Assembly (NCBI GenBank): GCA_902577945.1
Contig: CACHBB010000004.1
Span: forward strand, 2,255-66,254
From: an uncultured Alphaproteobacteria bacterium
GTDB taxonomy: Bacteria; Pseudomonadota; Alphaproteobacteria; HIMB59; GCA-002718135
Reading direction: 5' to 3'
DNA length: 64,000 bases
How positions within the stretch are numbered: position 1 is the stretch's first letter; each line of letters opens with the position of its first letter. The translations under genes and the position numbers were made by a program. The notes beneath the pieces are model-generated. The model made no database searches. It was not told the DNA's origin and saw only the letters and a program-made list of their open reading frames with translations. This document shows positions 13,101-20,604 of the stretch, in pieces.

Positions 13101-16100
13101 GATACACCAGTGATAGCAATCGTTGCTGTTTCATTTCCTTCATAAGTCGAATCATTAGTCGGAATAAAGTTTACTGTTCCTGTAGTTGATCCAGCACTAA
13201 TAGTAATATCATCTATATTTCCTGACCCATCGGTGTAGTCCGTTCCTTCTGTTGCTGTACCAGAAGTTCCAATAGCTACTGTTACCGTTTCATCAGTTGC
13301 TCCACTTAAAGTTGCAGTTAATGTTAATGATGATCCTGCATTTTCCGCAATTGATGTATTACTAACTGTAAGAGTAACTGTTGGAGCACTTTCATTCTCT
13401 GTAATCGTAATGGTAACTGATTGCGTCCCACTTTCAGTTGCATCTGCACCAGAAACGGTATCAATAGCAATAACTGCTGCTTCATCATCTTCATAAATAT
13501 TATCATCTGATGGATCAAAACTAACTGTACCAGTCGTAGAGCCAGCTGAAATTGTTATATCATCTAAATTACCTGCACCATCCGTATAATCAGTACCTTC
13601 CGTAGCTGCGCCGCTAGTACTTAATGATACAGTTACATCTTCATCCGCTATATTAGATAATGTTGCTGTTAAGGTAAGAGTAGAATTTGAATTCTCAGTT
13701 ATACTACTTGCGCTTGTTGCTAGAGTTACCGTTGGTGCTGATTCATCTTCTGTAATTGTAACGGTAACAGATTGAGAACCACTTTCACTAGCGCCTCCAC
13801 CTGAAACGGTATCAATAGCAATAACTGCTGCTTCATCACCTTCATATACTGCATCATTTGATGGATCAAAACTAACTGTACCAGTGGTAGAGCCAGCTGA
13901 AATTGTTATATCATCTAAGTTACCACTTCCATCTGTATAATCTGTTCCCTCTGTTGCAGCACCACTTGTACTCAAAGATACTGTTACAGCCTCATCTACT
14001 TTTATAGAAAGGGTTGCTGTTAATGTTACCGTTGATCCAGAGTTTTCAGCAATGGATGCAGCACTTCTTGTTAAAGTTACTGTTGGTGCTGATTCATTTT
14101 CTGTAATTGTTATTGTTACTGATTGCGTTCCACTCTCTGTTGCTCCACCTCCTGAAACAGATGCAATAGAAATAATCGCTGTTTCATTTTCTTCATACAC
14201 AGGATCTGATGCATCATCAGTTGGTGTGAAACTTATTGTACCAGTTGTACTTCCTGCACTAATCGTAATATCATCAAGATTACCACTACCATCGGTATAG
14301 TCTGTTCCTTCTGTTGCAGTTCCAGCTGTATCTATTCCAACCGTAATATTTTCATCTGTTGCTCCTGATAGAGTTGCAGTCAGTGTTAACGAAGAACCAG
14401 CATTCTCTGCAATTGTATTATCACTTACAGTTAGAGTTACAGTCGGTGCAGATTCATCTTCTGAAATTGTAATCGTAACAGATTGTGATCCGCTCTCTGT
14501 TGCTCCACCTCCTGAAACAGATCCAATAGAAATTGTTGCACTTTCATCATCCTCATAAATAGAGTCATTCGTTGGTGTAAAGTTAACTGTTCCTGTTGTG
14601 CTACCAGCGCTAATGGTTATGTCATCAATATTTCCTGACCCATCAGTGTAGTCCGTTCCCTCTGTTGCACCACCCGATGTATCAATACCAACAGTAACAT
14701 CTTGGAATGTTGTACCTGATAAAGTTGCTGTTAAAGTTAAAGATGATCCAGCATTCTCTGCAATAGACGTAGCACTAACACTTAAAGTAACAGTTGGAGC
14801 ACTTTCATCATCATTAATAGTAATAGTAACTTTCTGATCTCCACTTTCACTAGCCCCTCCTCCTGATACACCACTTATAGAAATGATGGCAGTTTCATCT
14901 GAAGTAGCATCATATACATTATCATCTGTCGGCGTGAAGGTAGCTGTTCCAGTTGTTGATCCAGATGAAATAGTTATATCAGAAACTGTTCCATAATCTG
15001 TTCCCTCAGTTGCTGTACTTGAACTTGATAACGAAACAGTTACATCTTGACTAGTTGTTCCACTTAATGAAGCAGTAATTGTAATGGATGAATCAGCATT
15101 CTCGGCAATACTTGTTCCACTTGCTGCAAGTGTAACAGTAGGAGCAGATTCATCTTCGTTAATTGTAATTGTTACAGATTGTGTTCCATTTTCCGTTGCT
15201 GATCCACCACTAACCGTATCAATAGCAACTGTTGCTGTTTCATCTGTTGATGTTTCATACATATTGTCATTAGTAGGTGTGAACGTTGTTGTTCCTGTTG
15301 TTGATCCAGCGCTAATGGTAATATCAGATAGAGATCCATAATCTGTTCCCTCTGTTGCTGTACCACTAGTGCTAAGTGTAACGGTAATGTCTGAACCTGA
15401 AACAATTGAACTGGTTGCTGTTAAAGTTAAAGATGATCCTGCATTTTCTGCAATCGATGTTGCACTAACAGTTAATGTAACAGTTGGTGTTGCTTCATTA
15501 TCATTTATCGTAATTGTGACTGATTGCGACCCACTCTCTGTTGCATCAGCTCCTGAGACACTACTTATTGCAACTATAGCTGTTTCCGCTACATCAGAAA
15601 TAATATCATCGGTTGGATCAAAAGTAGCCGTACCAGTTGTATTGCCGGCTGTAATTGTAATATCAGAAATTGTCCCGTAATCTGTTCCTTCCGTAGCAGT
15701 ACCTGATGTAGAAATACCAACTGTAATGTTTTCATCGGTTTCTACAGATGAAGTAGCAGTAATGGTTAAGGTTGAGTCAGAATTCTCAGCAATACTTGAA
15801 GCACTAACAGAAAGTGTAATTGTTGGAGCACTTTCATCTTCAGAAATGGTTATTGTAACAGCTTGAGTACCGTTTTCTGATGCTTCACCACCTGAAACAC
15901 TATCAATAGAAATCGTTGCTGTTTCATCACCTTCATACACACTATCATTTGTTGGTTTAAAACTAATTGTCTCTGTTGTATTGCCAGCTGTAATAACAAG
16001 ATCATCGATATTCCCACTTCCATCAGTATAATCCGTTCCTTCTGTTGCAGTACCTGAAGTTGCAATAGTAACTGTAACATCAGCGGTTGTTGCAACTGAT

Positions 16101-17737
16101 AACGTTGCAGTTAAAGTTAATACAGATCCAGAATTTTCATCAATACTAGTTGCACTTGTTGATAGTGTTACAGTTGGCGCACTTTCATTCTCTTCAATTG
16201 TTAGTGTTACTGATTGAGATCCACTTTCAGTAGCACTTCCACCGGAAACACCGGTAATAGAAACAGTTGCTGTTTCATCAGTACTTGTTTCATATAAATT
16301 ATCATCTGTTGGTGTAAATGATGCTGTCCCTGTAGTATCTCCAGAAGAAATAATAATATCAGAAATTGTTCCATAATCTGTTCCTTCTGTTGCACTACCA
16401 GATGTTCCAATTGAAACAGTTACATCTTCACTTGTGGGGTTAGATAAAGTTGCTGTTAAAGTAATAGAAGTGCCAGCATTCTCTTCAATACTCGATGAAC
16501 TAGCAGCCAATGTAACTGTAGGTGCACTATCATTTTCTTCAATTGTTAATGTTACTGATTGAGACCCACTTTCAGTTGCTCCTCCTCCTGATACAGTGCC
16601 AATTGCAATCGTGGCCGTTTCATCTGTTGATGTTTCATACATACTATCATCAGTTGGGGTGAATGTTGTTGTTCCTGTTGTTTCACCAGCACTAATGGTA
16701 ATATCAGATATTGTTCCATAATCTGTTCCTTCTGTTGCAGTACCAGAAGTATCAAATGATACAGTGATATCTGAGCCAGAAATAATTGAACTTGTTGCTG
16801 TAAGGGTAATTGATGATCCTGCATTCTCTGCAATACTAGATGCACTAGCTGCCAAAGTTATAGTTGGAGCAGCTTCATCATCTACAATTGTTACAGTTTG
16901 AGAGTTTAAAGTATTTTTACAAAATGTAATATCTCCACCACTTGGAGTAAGACTGATATCAACCGTTTCATTTATATCCGAAATTGAATCATCTATAGTT
17001 GAAATTGAAAAAGATGTATTTGATCCATTTGCATTTATAATTTCATAATCTGTGTCTTCAGTTGCAGAACCAGAAGTAGAAATAGTGTAAGATACTCCAC
17101 CCGGAGCACCCGTAATGGTAAAATCAATAGTACTTGATGAATCTTCATCAATTGAAGAAGAATTTTGGGATAATGAGGCATTAACGTTACATCTTATTTC
17201 ATCATCACTATTTATAAGATAAAGAAAGTAGCCAGTTACAAGAGTTGCAAAATTTGTTTCTTGTTTGATCTGTTTTGCACTTTTATTATTTTCAATTATT
17301 TCAACAGTTGGAATATTTGAAAATAATTTTGGTAGAAGATCTGATTTTCTTAACTGAAAATCGCTAATAATTGCATCTTTACCTCTTAATAAACTGTCAA
17401 TTGTAAAAATATGATTTGGATATTTTTTGATAAATTCATCAATCGTTAATTCAGGATTATTAGGGATATATTTTTTATCTATAAATTGATTTATATTTTT
17501 GCCAAAATTAACTCTATCATGAAAATTCTTTGGTAATTTTGTTTTAAAAGATTGGATTAAATTATCTTCTATTGATAAATTTTTAGAGTCTAAACAGCTT
17601 TGAAAATTCTTTTTATATTGCTCAAGATCTTCAGAATACTTAATACATTTATCAACCTCCTGAAATGTATTAAAATCAAACGCTAATAATTGAGAACTAG
17701 ATAAAATTAGAAAAAGTGAAATAACTATTTTTTTCAT
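1133..17737 (-). CDS. giant (5534 aa) surface protein: signal peptide, ~39 Calx-beta-like repeats, S8 subtilase domain, probable C-terminal outer-membrane beta-barrel
   Basis: Uninterrupted ORF. Repeats read PTVTL..SIAEN..TATEGTDY..ITISAG.T..F.PT.D..YEG.ET..TITDDE. S8 motifs HIADF, YHCNAV, FANGN, GSSYTAPMVAG. Amphipathic beta strands end in GQYKW. Confidence 0.9.
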   Translation of the reverse strand: MKKIVISLFLILSSSQLLAFDFNTFQEVDKCIKYSEDLEQYKKNFQSCLDSKNLSIEDNLIQSFKTKLPKNFHDRVNFGKNINQFIDKKYIPNNPELTIDEFIKKYPNHIFTIDSLLRGKDAIISDFQLRKSDLLPKLFSNIPTVEIIENNKSAKQIKQETNFATLVTGYFLYLINSDDEIRCNVNASLSQNSSSIDEDSSSTIDFTITGAPGGVSYTISTSGSATEDTDYEIINANGSNTSFSISTIDDSISDINETVDISLTPSGGDITFCKNTLNSQTVTIVDDEAAPTITLAASASSIAENAGSSITLTATSSIISGSDITVSFDTSGTATEGTDYGTISDITISAGETTGTTTFTPTDDSMYETSTDETATIAIGTVSGGGATESGSQSVTLTIEENDSAPTVTLAASSSSIEENAGTSITLTATLSNPTSEDVTVSIGTSGSATEGTDYGTISDIIISSGDTTGTASFTPTDDNLYETSTDETATVSITGVSGGSATESGSQSVTLTIEENESAPTVTLSTSATSIDENSGSVLTLTATLSVATTADVTVTIATSGTATEGTDYTDGSGNIDDLVITAGNTTETISFKPTNDSVYEGDETATISIDSVSGGEASENGTQAVTITISEDESAPTITLSVSASSIAENSDSTLTITATSSVETDENITVGISTSGTATEGTDYGTISDITITAGNTTGTATFDPTDDIISDVAETAIVAISSVSGADATESGSQSVTITINDNEATPTVTLTVSATSIAENAGSSLTLTATSSIVSGSDITVTLSTSGTATEGTDYGSLSDITISAGSTTGTTTFTPTNDNMYETSTDETATVAIDTVSGGSATENGTQSVTITINEDESAPTVTLAASGTSIAENADSSITITASLSGTTSQDVTVSLSSSSTATEGTDYGTVSDITISSGSTTGTATFTPTDDNVYDATSDETAIISISGVSGGGASESGDQKVTITINDDESAPTVTLSVSATSIAENAGSSLTLTATLSGTTFQDVTVGIDTSGGATEGTDYTDGSGNIDDITISAGSTTGTVNFTPTNDSIYEDDESATISIGSVSGGGATESGSQSVTITISEDESAPTVTLTVSDNTIAENAGSSLTLTATLSGATDENITVGIDTAGTATEGTDYTDGSGNLDDITISAGSTTGTISFTPTDDASDPVYEENETAIISIASVSGGGATESGTQSVTITITENESAPTVTLTRSAASIAENSGSTVTLTATLSIKVDEAVTVSLSTSGAATEGTDYTDGSGNLDDITISAGSTTGTVSFDPSNDAVYEGDEAAVIAIDTVSGGGASESGSQSVTVTITEDESAPTVTLATSASSITENSNSTLTLTATLSNIADEDVTVSLSTSGAATEGTDYTDGAGNLDDITISAGSTTGTVSFDPSDDNIYEDDEAAVIAIDTVSGADATESGTQSVTITITENESAPTVTLTVSNTSIAENAGSSLTLTATLSGATDETVTVAIGTSGTATEGTDYTDGSGNIDDITISAGSTTGTVNFIPTNDSTYEGNETATIAITGVSGGGASESGSQSVTITISEDESAPTVALSVSATSIAENAGSSLTITATLSGAADEAVTVALSTSGTSTEGTDYTDESGNIDDITISAGSTTGTVNFTPTNDSVYEGDETAIIAISSVSGADASESGSQSVTITISEDESAPTITLTRSAASIDENSVSTITLTATISGVTDTAVTVALDTSGTATEGTDYGTISDITISVGATTGTSTLDPTDDNIYEGDETATIDIGSVSGKSGVTENGTQQVSVTIAENESAPTVTLATSDNTIAENAGSSLTLTATLSVATTADVTVALSTSGTATEGTDYTDGSGNLDDIVISAGSTTGTVSFTPTNDSLYDAASDETATIAISGVSGGSASESGSQSVTITITDDDSAPTVTLAASSTSIAENSASTITLTATLSNATYQDVTIAISTSGTATEGTDYGNISDITISAGSTTGTATFDPTDDSDETDTVTATIAISGVSGGGATESGSQSVTISILDDESVPRVTLTVSSASIAENSGSTLTLTATLSKTASEDVTVTLGTSGSATEGTDYGSLSNITVTAGSLTGTTTFTPTDDSIYDATSNETATVSIDTVSGGDALENGTQSVTITITDNESAPTVTLTRGAPAIDEDSSSTVTITATLSNATYQDVTVTIGASGGTEGTDYATISDITISAGSTTGTTSVDPTDDNIYEDDETVTITIDGVSGGSASESGSQSVTVTITEDESAPTVTLSVSDTSIAENAGTSLTLTATLSGATDETVTVGIDTGGTSTEGTDYTDGSGNVDDISISAGSTTSTVNFTPTNDAIYEGNETAIISIGSVSGGGATESGTQSVTITITEDESAPTVALSVSANSIAENAGSSLTITATLSGKADEDVTVTIGTGGTGTEGTDYTDGSGNLNDITISANSTTGTVLFTPTNDSVYEGSETAIVSIDGVSGADASEDGTQSVTITITDDESAPTVTLAVSDTTIAENAGSSLTLTATLSGTTDADITVALDTSGTATEGTDYTDGSGNIDDITISAGATTGTVLFTPTNDSIYDATSNETATISINGVSGKTGVAENSTPQAVTITITDDESAPTVTLAAASSSIAENSSDTITLTATVSTATFQDVTVSIDGTGGTGTEGTDFGTVSDITISAGSTTGTVTFDPTDDNVYEGNETAGISVSGVSGGGASESGTQAVTITITENESAPTVTLSTSGSSIAENAGSSLTLTATLSVATTADVTVALSTSGTATEGTDYTDGSGNIDDITISAGSTTGTVNFTPTNDSVYEGDETATVAISSVSGGSATESGTQSVTITISEDESAPTVTLTVSDTSIAENAGSSLTITATLSTATTADVTVTIGTAGTATEGTDYTDGSGNLDDITISAGSTTGTVSFTPTDDASDPVYEENETAIISIDGVSGGSATESGSQSVTITITENESAPTVTLARSAASIAENSGSTVTLTATLSIKVDEAVTVALSTSGAATEGTDYGTISDITISAGSTTGTATFDPTNDAVYEDDEAAVIAIDTVSGGGASESGSQSVTVTITEDESEPTVTLAVSATSIAENAGTSLTLTATLSGATDQNVTVVLGTSGTATEGTDYTDGSGNVDDITISAGSTTGTVNFTPTDDSVYEGNETATIAISSVTGEASESGTQAVTITITENESAPTVTLSIKIDSLGYDYASTSIRENNSSTSLKIEAKLSGATDEDVTVALSTSGTATEGTDYTDGSGNLDDITISAGSTTGSVNFTLTDDSVYEGDETATIAISSVSGGSATESGSQSATITIQDNESAGSVTLTVSATSIAENAGSSLTITATLSSTSDEDVTVALSTSGTATEGTDYTDGSGAIDDITISAGSTTGTVNFTPTNDSVYEDDETATVAISSVSGGDASENGDQSVTITITEDESAPTVTLTVSDTTIAENAGSSLTLTATLSVATTADVTVALSTSGTATEGTDYTDGSGNLDDITISAGATTGTVLFTPTNDSVYEGNETATVAINSVSGGSATESGSQSATITITDNESAPTVTLSTSATSIAENAGSSLTLTATLSVATTADVTVALSTSGTATEGTDYTDGSGSIDDIVISAGSTTGTVNFTPTDDSIYDATSNETATIDISGVSGGSATEDGTQNVTITITDDESAPTVTLSKGADAIDEDSSSTVAITATLSNATFQDVTVTIDGTGGTGTEGTDFATVSDITISAGSTTGTAAVDPTNDNVYEGDETAGISISGVSGGSATESGSQSVTVTITEDESAPVVSLAVDASSIAENSGSTITLTATLSGTTDEDITVALDTSGTSTEGTDYSDDGGTSNLDDITISAGATTGTVTFDPTNDSVYEGNETAIIAINGVSGKTGVAENSTPQEVTITITDDESAPTVTLAVSATSIAENAGSSLTLTATLSGTTDSAITVTLDTSGTATEGTDYGNLSDITISAGATTGTVSFTPTNDSIYDATSNETAVIAINSVSGKTGVAENSTPQEVTITITDDESAPTVTMTLNNCSNTNSISSTVSESAGASCITAILSGATFQTVTVSVTLGGTASSADYSSDYLASGDITINAGNTQASYSFDPTADSLYEGNETLVVSMSNVSGGGATESGTQSITITITDGDSAPTVTLTTSDTSIAENAGTSLTLTATLSVATTADVTVALSTSGTATEGTDYTDGSGTIDDMTISAGSTTTTANFTPTNDSTVEGNETATIAIDTVSGGSATEDGNQSVTITITDDDSGNFSVADVTVAEDVGNATITVALSSAYSSSQTIQYATSAGTATAGSDYTTTNGTLTFSAGDTSKTFTVAITNDTLDENNETVTITLSNPSSGTITGGTGTLTITDNDSAPTLSINSPSSTNESSTSTNMTVTLSAASGKDVTVDYDSSNGTATAGSDYTATDGTLTISAGATTGNIPVTVIQDNVYEGNETVTMTLSSPSNATINSGDETGTFTITEDDSAPTVALSVASSSIAENSGSSVVMTATLSGATDENITVDLSFSGATEGTDFTDGSGSVDNITISALSTTGTVNFTPEDDSVYEGNEAVTVSINTVSGKSGVLEDGTQTQTITITENESAPTVSLSTSSTSVYDNGSNITLTATSTQVADEDITVVIGTSGTATETSDYAEISNITISAGATTGTATFNPTEDTVNEGSETATISISSVSGADSSTSGTTSVSITITEYALRTATAFADSGSDSVTSSSVASDAQYSNIDTHLVGSSVHPYTQMRINEVQAMTDGSNYLTGVGQTIHIADFNCNTNVPVFNNKTIYNLDDGGSGESTFQNDTATDYHCNAVATFAAGDNTAGTSSLFSGVAPDADLVLSSIPDTQGTYDGDDFAADLDAARGYSAIASNNSWGQKDTSTSMKDATEFQTLYDNNKASFTMDQIAGYNFSGNASVPAAQTSDWQTYVTALDNFQQSGVIVFANGNYSTDSDASWLAALPYWYNGGTDNLGNSLEDLSDAWLSVIWADFTGTDMSGITESEFTLYGNPCGKAREFCLTADSYATNHQTYYDESTGTSYYATLQVGGSSYTAPMVAGGVALVKQAFPNHTPEQIVDRILASANNGWFTPAGNTTFTTHGASIKHGYHNTWGHGLPDFMAAMSPITSNANPASITTGNTNHVGQNNGNNDQTYLSETRYDVAATTLSVPGLMGDAISEGLSNETGYFYDGLNGGFKFNMSSLLNDEKTIQKPPAYNINKDLAKLGQIKDNTQFESEFNAANALSYTTDEEKTAYITLESPNAAIQKFASFNNGNNFYFGPQRNPFVGKTNGLGVNSEYTIGNIKAVLGYHNSEYKGEELDNELKTETLAASFELDTDENTKVEFLIGTLDEKDTFLFSEGKGALGYRNANPNSLFTGMNLGKRIDNLSLSFSGTLGQSRMDNANHSLIEGTTNVISSSLNASISLHNLQGKQNKLSFSVSQPNRIESGALKVRIPGLADLDGNIPYAYKEIDLESSGRQLDMSINYTQSFSNNVDIGINLSQINDYNHVEGNDSGIRMSLTGQYKW
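3600..17190 (-). repeat. intragenic tandem array of ~39 Calx-beta-like modules (~350 bp each)
   Basis: Hand count of module starts (APTVTL-like) gives about 39; DNA-level similarity between modules is visible. Boundaries are approximate. Confidence 0.85.
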
Positions 17738-17867
17738 AAAAAGCTTATTTTATTTATGAATCTATAAAGATTTTTGTCTAATTTTTAAGTAAAACAAGTA
17801 TTGAGCAAAATTTTAATAATAAATAAATGTAAATTATTTATAAAAAAAATATATATTTTTCAATTAA

Positions 17868-18782
17868 TTATAATAAATTTCTAATATTATTAATTAATTC
17901 TTTTGCTATTTTAATATTTTCTTCAAAATAAGGGTAATGTTTAGGTAATAATTCAAAATTAAAATTAGTATTTTTAGGAAATTGCAATTCATCAAATATT
18001 TCATCAAAGGGGATATTACCCCATCCTAATGGCAAATGAATATCACCCAAACCATAACTAACTGCTTCAGATTTATAAAACGTTGGCATTTTTTGCAATA
18101 ATCCAAAAGAGTCGTGCATGTGGAGATGCTCACTTAATGGAGCCATTGTTTTTATTTCACTTATATAATCAGCATTATTATAATTACAGTTAATATAAGC
18201 GTGGGAAAAATCTAAACATGCTTTAATTCTTTTATGATTGATTTGATTTAAATTATGCGCAATTTCACTTGGTAAAGGAGCGTAAGCCTCCATATTAAAT
18301 GGAAATAAGCACTCAATAGCTAGAGTAACGTTACAAGAATCAGCTAAACTCGATAATTCTTCATAACACTCGTTTTGTTTTTCTAATAATTCACTGTAAT
18401 GATTTTTATCTTCAAATATTTTTTTGGTTGTATATCCAAAATGGGTCACTAAATGCGAAGCACCTAATTCACCTGATACTTCAATATTTTTTTTTAAAAC
18501 CTCTTTGTGATCAGTAAAAAACTCTTCATCCATTAAGTTTACTGAAAGTTCTCCGTGAACAGTATAATTAAAGTCAAAAGTAGAAATAATTTTTTTTAGT
18601 TTATCTATTTCGGGTTTAAAAATTTTTTTTCCCACAATTATATCTAAAGCATAAATTGGTAATTCTATTGAATCTACTTCTAATAATTTAAATTGAGTAA
18701 GTTCTCCTTCTAGAATTTCTAAATTACTACTACTATTATTGTTTACAGATGTTCCAGTAATTGAAAATCCAACTTTATTCAT
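17868..18782 (-). CDS. xylose-isomerase-like / AP-endonuclease-2 TIM-barrel metalloenzyme
   Basis: Metal-ligand motifs VHGE, THFG, AIEC, LDFSH, HLHMHD, DIHLPLG.G, NFE. Confidence 0.8.
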   Translation of the reverse strand: MNKVGFSITGTSVNNNSSSNLEILEGELTQFKLLEVDSIELPIYALDIIVGKKIFKPEIDKLKKIISTFDFNYTVHGELSVNLMDEEFFTDHKEVLKKNIEVSGELGASHLVTHFGYTTKKIFEDKNHYSELLEKQNECYEELSSLADSCNVTLAIECLFPFNMEAYAPLPSEIAHNLNQINHKRIKACLDFSHAYINCNYNNADYISEIKTMAPLSEHLHMHDSFGLLQKMPTFYKSEAVSYGLGDIHLPLGWGNIPFDEIFDELQFPKNTNFNFELLPKHYPYFEENIKIAKELINNIRNLL

Positions 18783-18867
18783 AAATTTTCAAGTAGGTTA
18801 TATTTATTAAAATAATGTTAAGAAAAAAAAACTTTTTTAATTTTATATTCTTAGTAAAGTAATCATA

Positions 18868-20085
18868 ATGTTACATAAAGTTCCCGTTCATAAACTGGGT
18901 ATAGGTTCGATTTTTTCTTATGGTTTTCTTTTTTATTTATTTGCACCAGTAAAACCTTATTTGTCTAATTTTTTAGAAACTTCAGAAACTTCCATCCTTA
19001 TAATTTTAACTATAAATTTACTAATTCAAGCAGCAATAATGCCTATCATTGGTAAATATATTGACAAATTTGGTGGATTAAAGGTGATGAGGATAGGTTT
19101 TATTATTGGCAGCATAGGTATTTGTTGTTTGGGTTTAATTGAATTGAATTATATATATTTTCAAAATTTTTTTTGGTTATCGTTATGTCTTATTTTAATA
19201 TCAACAAGTCTTTCTATGTGTGGTTATGAATGTTCATTTAGTACAGTCATACAATTAGATGAAAAAAATTCTAGGAAAAATATTTCCATAATTACTTTTT
19301 ATGGCGGAATTGCAAGTACTATAACCTGGTTATGTATTTTCCCACTAATAGATATTTATAATCTATTAATTTCTTGTCTCATAATAAGTAGTTTATTATT
19401 AATTTATTCATTGATTATTAATTATGAAATTAAAAATCATACGCATTTAAATATACAAAAAAATAAATTTAAAAAATTCAATTTCCTTAAATTGGATATA
19501 AAACAAAGATTAATTTTTCTAATATTAAGTATATCAAATTTCTTAAATGTCTTGGTATTTGCATCACTAACACTTTTTTGGATAAATTGGTTTTCAGAAA
19601 TTTATGAAAACCCAAGCTTAGCAATAATATTAGCAAGCATTTATGGCCCCTTCCAAACTATTGGAAGATTAATCGAGATGTTTTTTGGATCAAAATTTGA
19701 CGCAAGAATAACGGGAACGATTGGATGCATTATTACTGCAATTAGTCTTATTTTAGTTCAATTTGATAATATATACTTTTCAATTTTATCAATGATCTTA
19801 TTTGGGATGGGTCACGGTGTCATAACTGTTACATTTGGATTTGTTACTAATCTTTACTTTGATGCAAAGATTTATGGTCAGGCAAAAAGTTTAATTGCAT
19901 CTACAAGCAATATAGCAATGGCTATTGGCCCAAGTCTTGGTTCATTTTTATATTTTTATAGTGGGTATTTGATGTTTACATCTATGCTTGTAATTAAAAT
20001 AATAATGACTTTGATGTTTGCTTTATTAATAATTTTCGAACCAACGAATGCTGTTCATAAAAACATAAAATTTCACAGAAAATAA
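18868..20085 (+). CDS. MFS transporter
   Basis: About 12 hydrophobic segments; MFS motif A GKYIDKFGGL. Confidence 0.85.
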   Translation: MLHKVPVHKLGIGSIFSYGFLFYLFAPVKPYLSNFLETSETSILIILTINLLIQAAIMPIIGKYIDKFGGLKVMRIGFIIGSIGICCLGLIELNYIYFQNFFWLSLCLILISTSLSMCGYECSFSTVIQLDEKNSRKNISIITFYGGIASTITWLCIFPLIDIYNLLISCLIISSLLLIYSLIINYEIKNHTHLNIQKNKFKKFNFLKLDIKQRLIFLILSISNFLNVLVFASLTLFWINWFSEIYENPSLAIILASIYGPFQTIGRLIEMFFGSKFDARITGTIGCIITAISLILVQFDNIYFSILSMILFGMGHGVITVTFGFVTNLYFDAKIYGQAKSLIASTSNIAMAIGPSLGSFLYFYSGYLMFTSMLVIKIIMTLMFALLIIFEPTNAVHKNIKFHRK

Positions 20086-20141
20086 TAATTAAAAGAAAAT
20101 TTTAATAAAAAATTCATCAAAAAAGTATATTTTACGAAATT

Positions 20142-20576
20142 ATGAATAAATCAGTTTTTATAGGTTTATTAGCAATATCTTTTTACGTTCAAGCTGATAA
20201 TCATAAAGTCTATATTCCCATTGAAAGTGGTGCAGGTAAAATTGAGGATCCAGAAGCGTATTTTAAAGAATACTTTTATAATTGTAATGATCCTGAAATT
20301 TTAAATCTCAATGCTAGATTAGAAAATGCTCTAGGAAGAATAGCTGAAGAAAAGAAAAAAGAAATAAATGATATCAGAAATGAAGGTGTCAACCTATGTA
20401 ATGAAGGTAAAACTTTTTTTGCAAAAAATAAACTCACTGAAGGCTTTACCAAAGCAGAAGCTGCCGGTGAAGAGTATCTAAAGGACAGTGATAGTTTTTT
20501 TACCGGATCAGAACTTCAAGATTCAAAAAAAGATGAGACTAATCAGGATAAAAAACCTTGGTGGAAGTTCTGGTAA
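20142..20576 (+). CDS. exported helical hypothetical protein with C-terminal KKPWWKFW
   Basis: Signal peptide, two Cys, acidic linker, Trp-rich tail. Confidence 0.7.
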   Translation: MNKSVFIGLLAISFYVQADNHKVYIPIESGAGKIEDPEAYFKEYFYNCNDPEILNLNARLENALGRIAEEKKKEINDIRNEGVNLCNEGKTFFAKNKLTEGFTKAEAAGEEYLKDSDSFFTGSELQDSKKDETNQDKKPWWKFW

Positions 20577-20604
20577 ATTTTTAATTATCTCTTAAAAAAA
20601 AATT

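Noticed and set aside
1606-16845. Dozens of short ORFs on both strands inside the giant gene
   Set aside because: Shadow frames created by the repetitive Thr/Ser/Val/Ala codon pattern; no SDs or independent motifs.
3600-17190. Repeat array as CRISPR or diversity-generating retroelement
   Set aside because: Repeats are ~350-bp in-frame coding modules without spacers; no cas or reverse transcriptase gene; differences are not adenine-specific.
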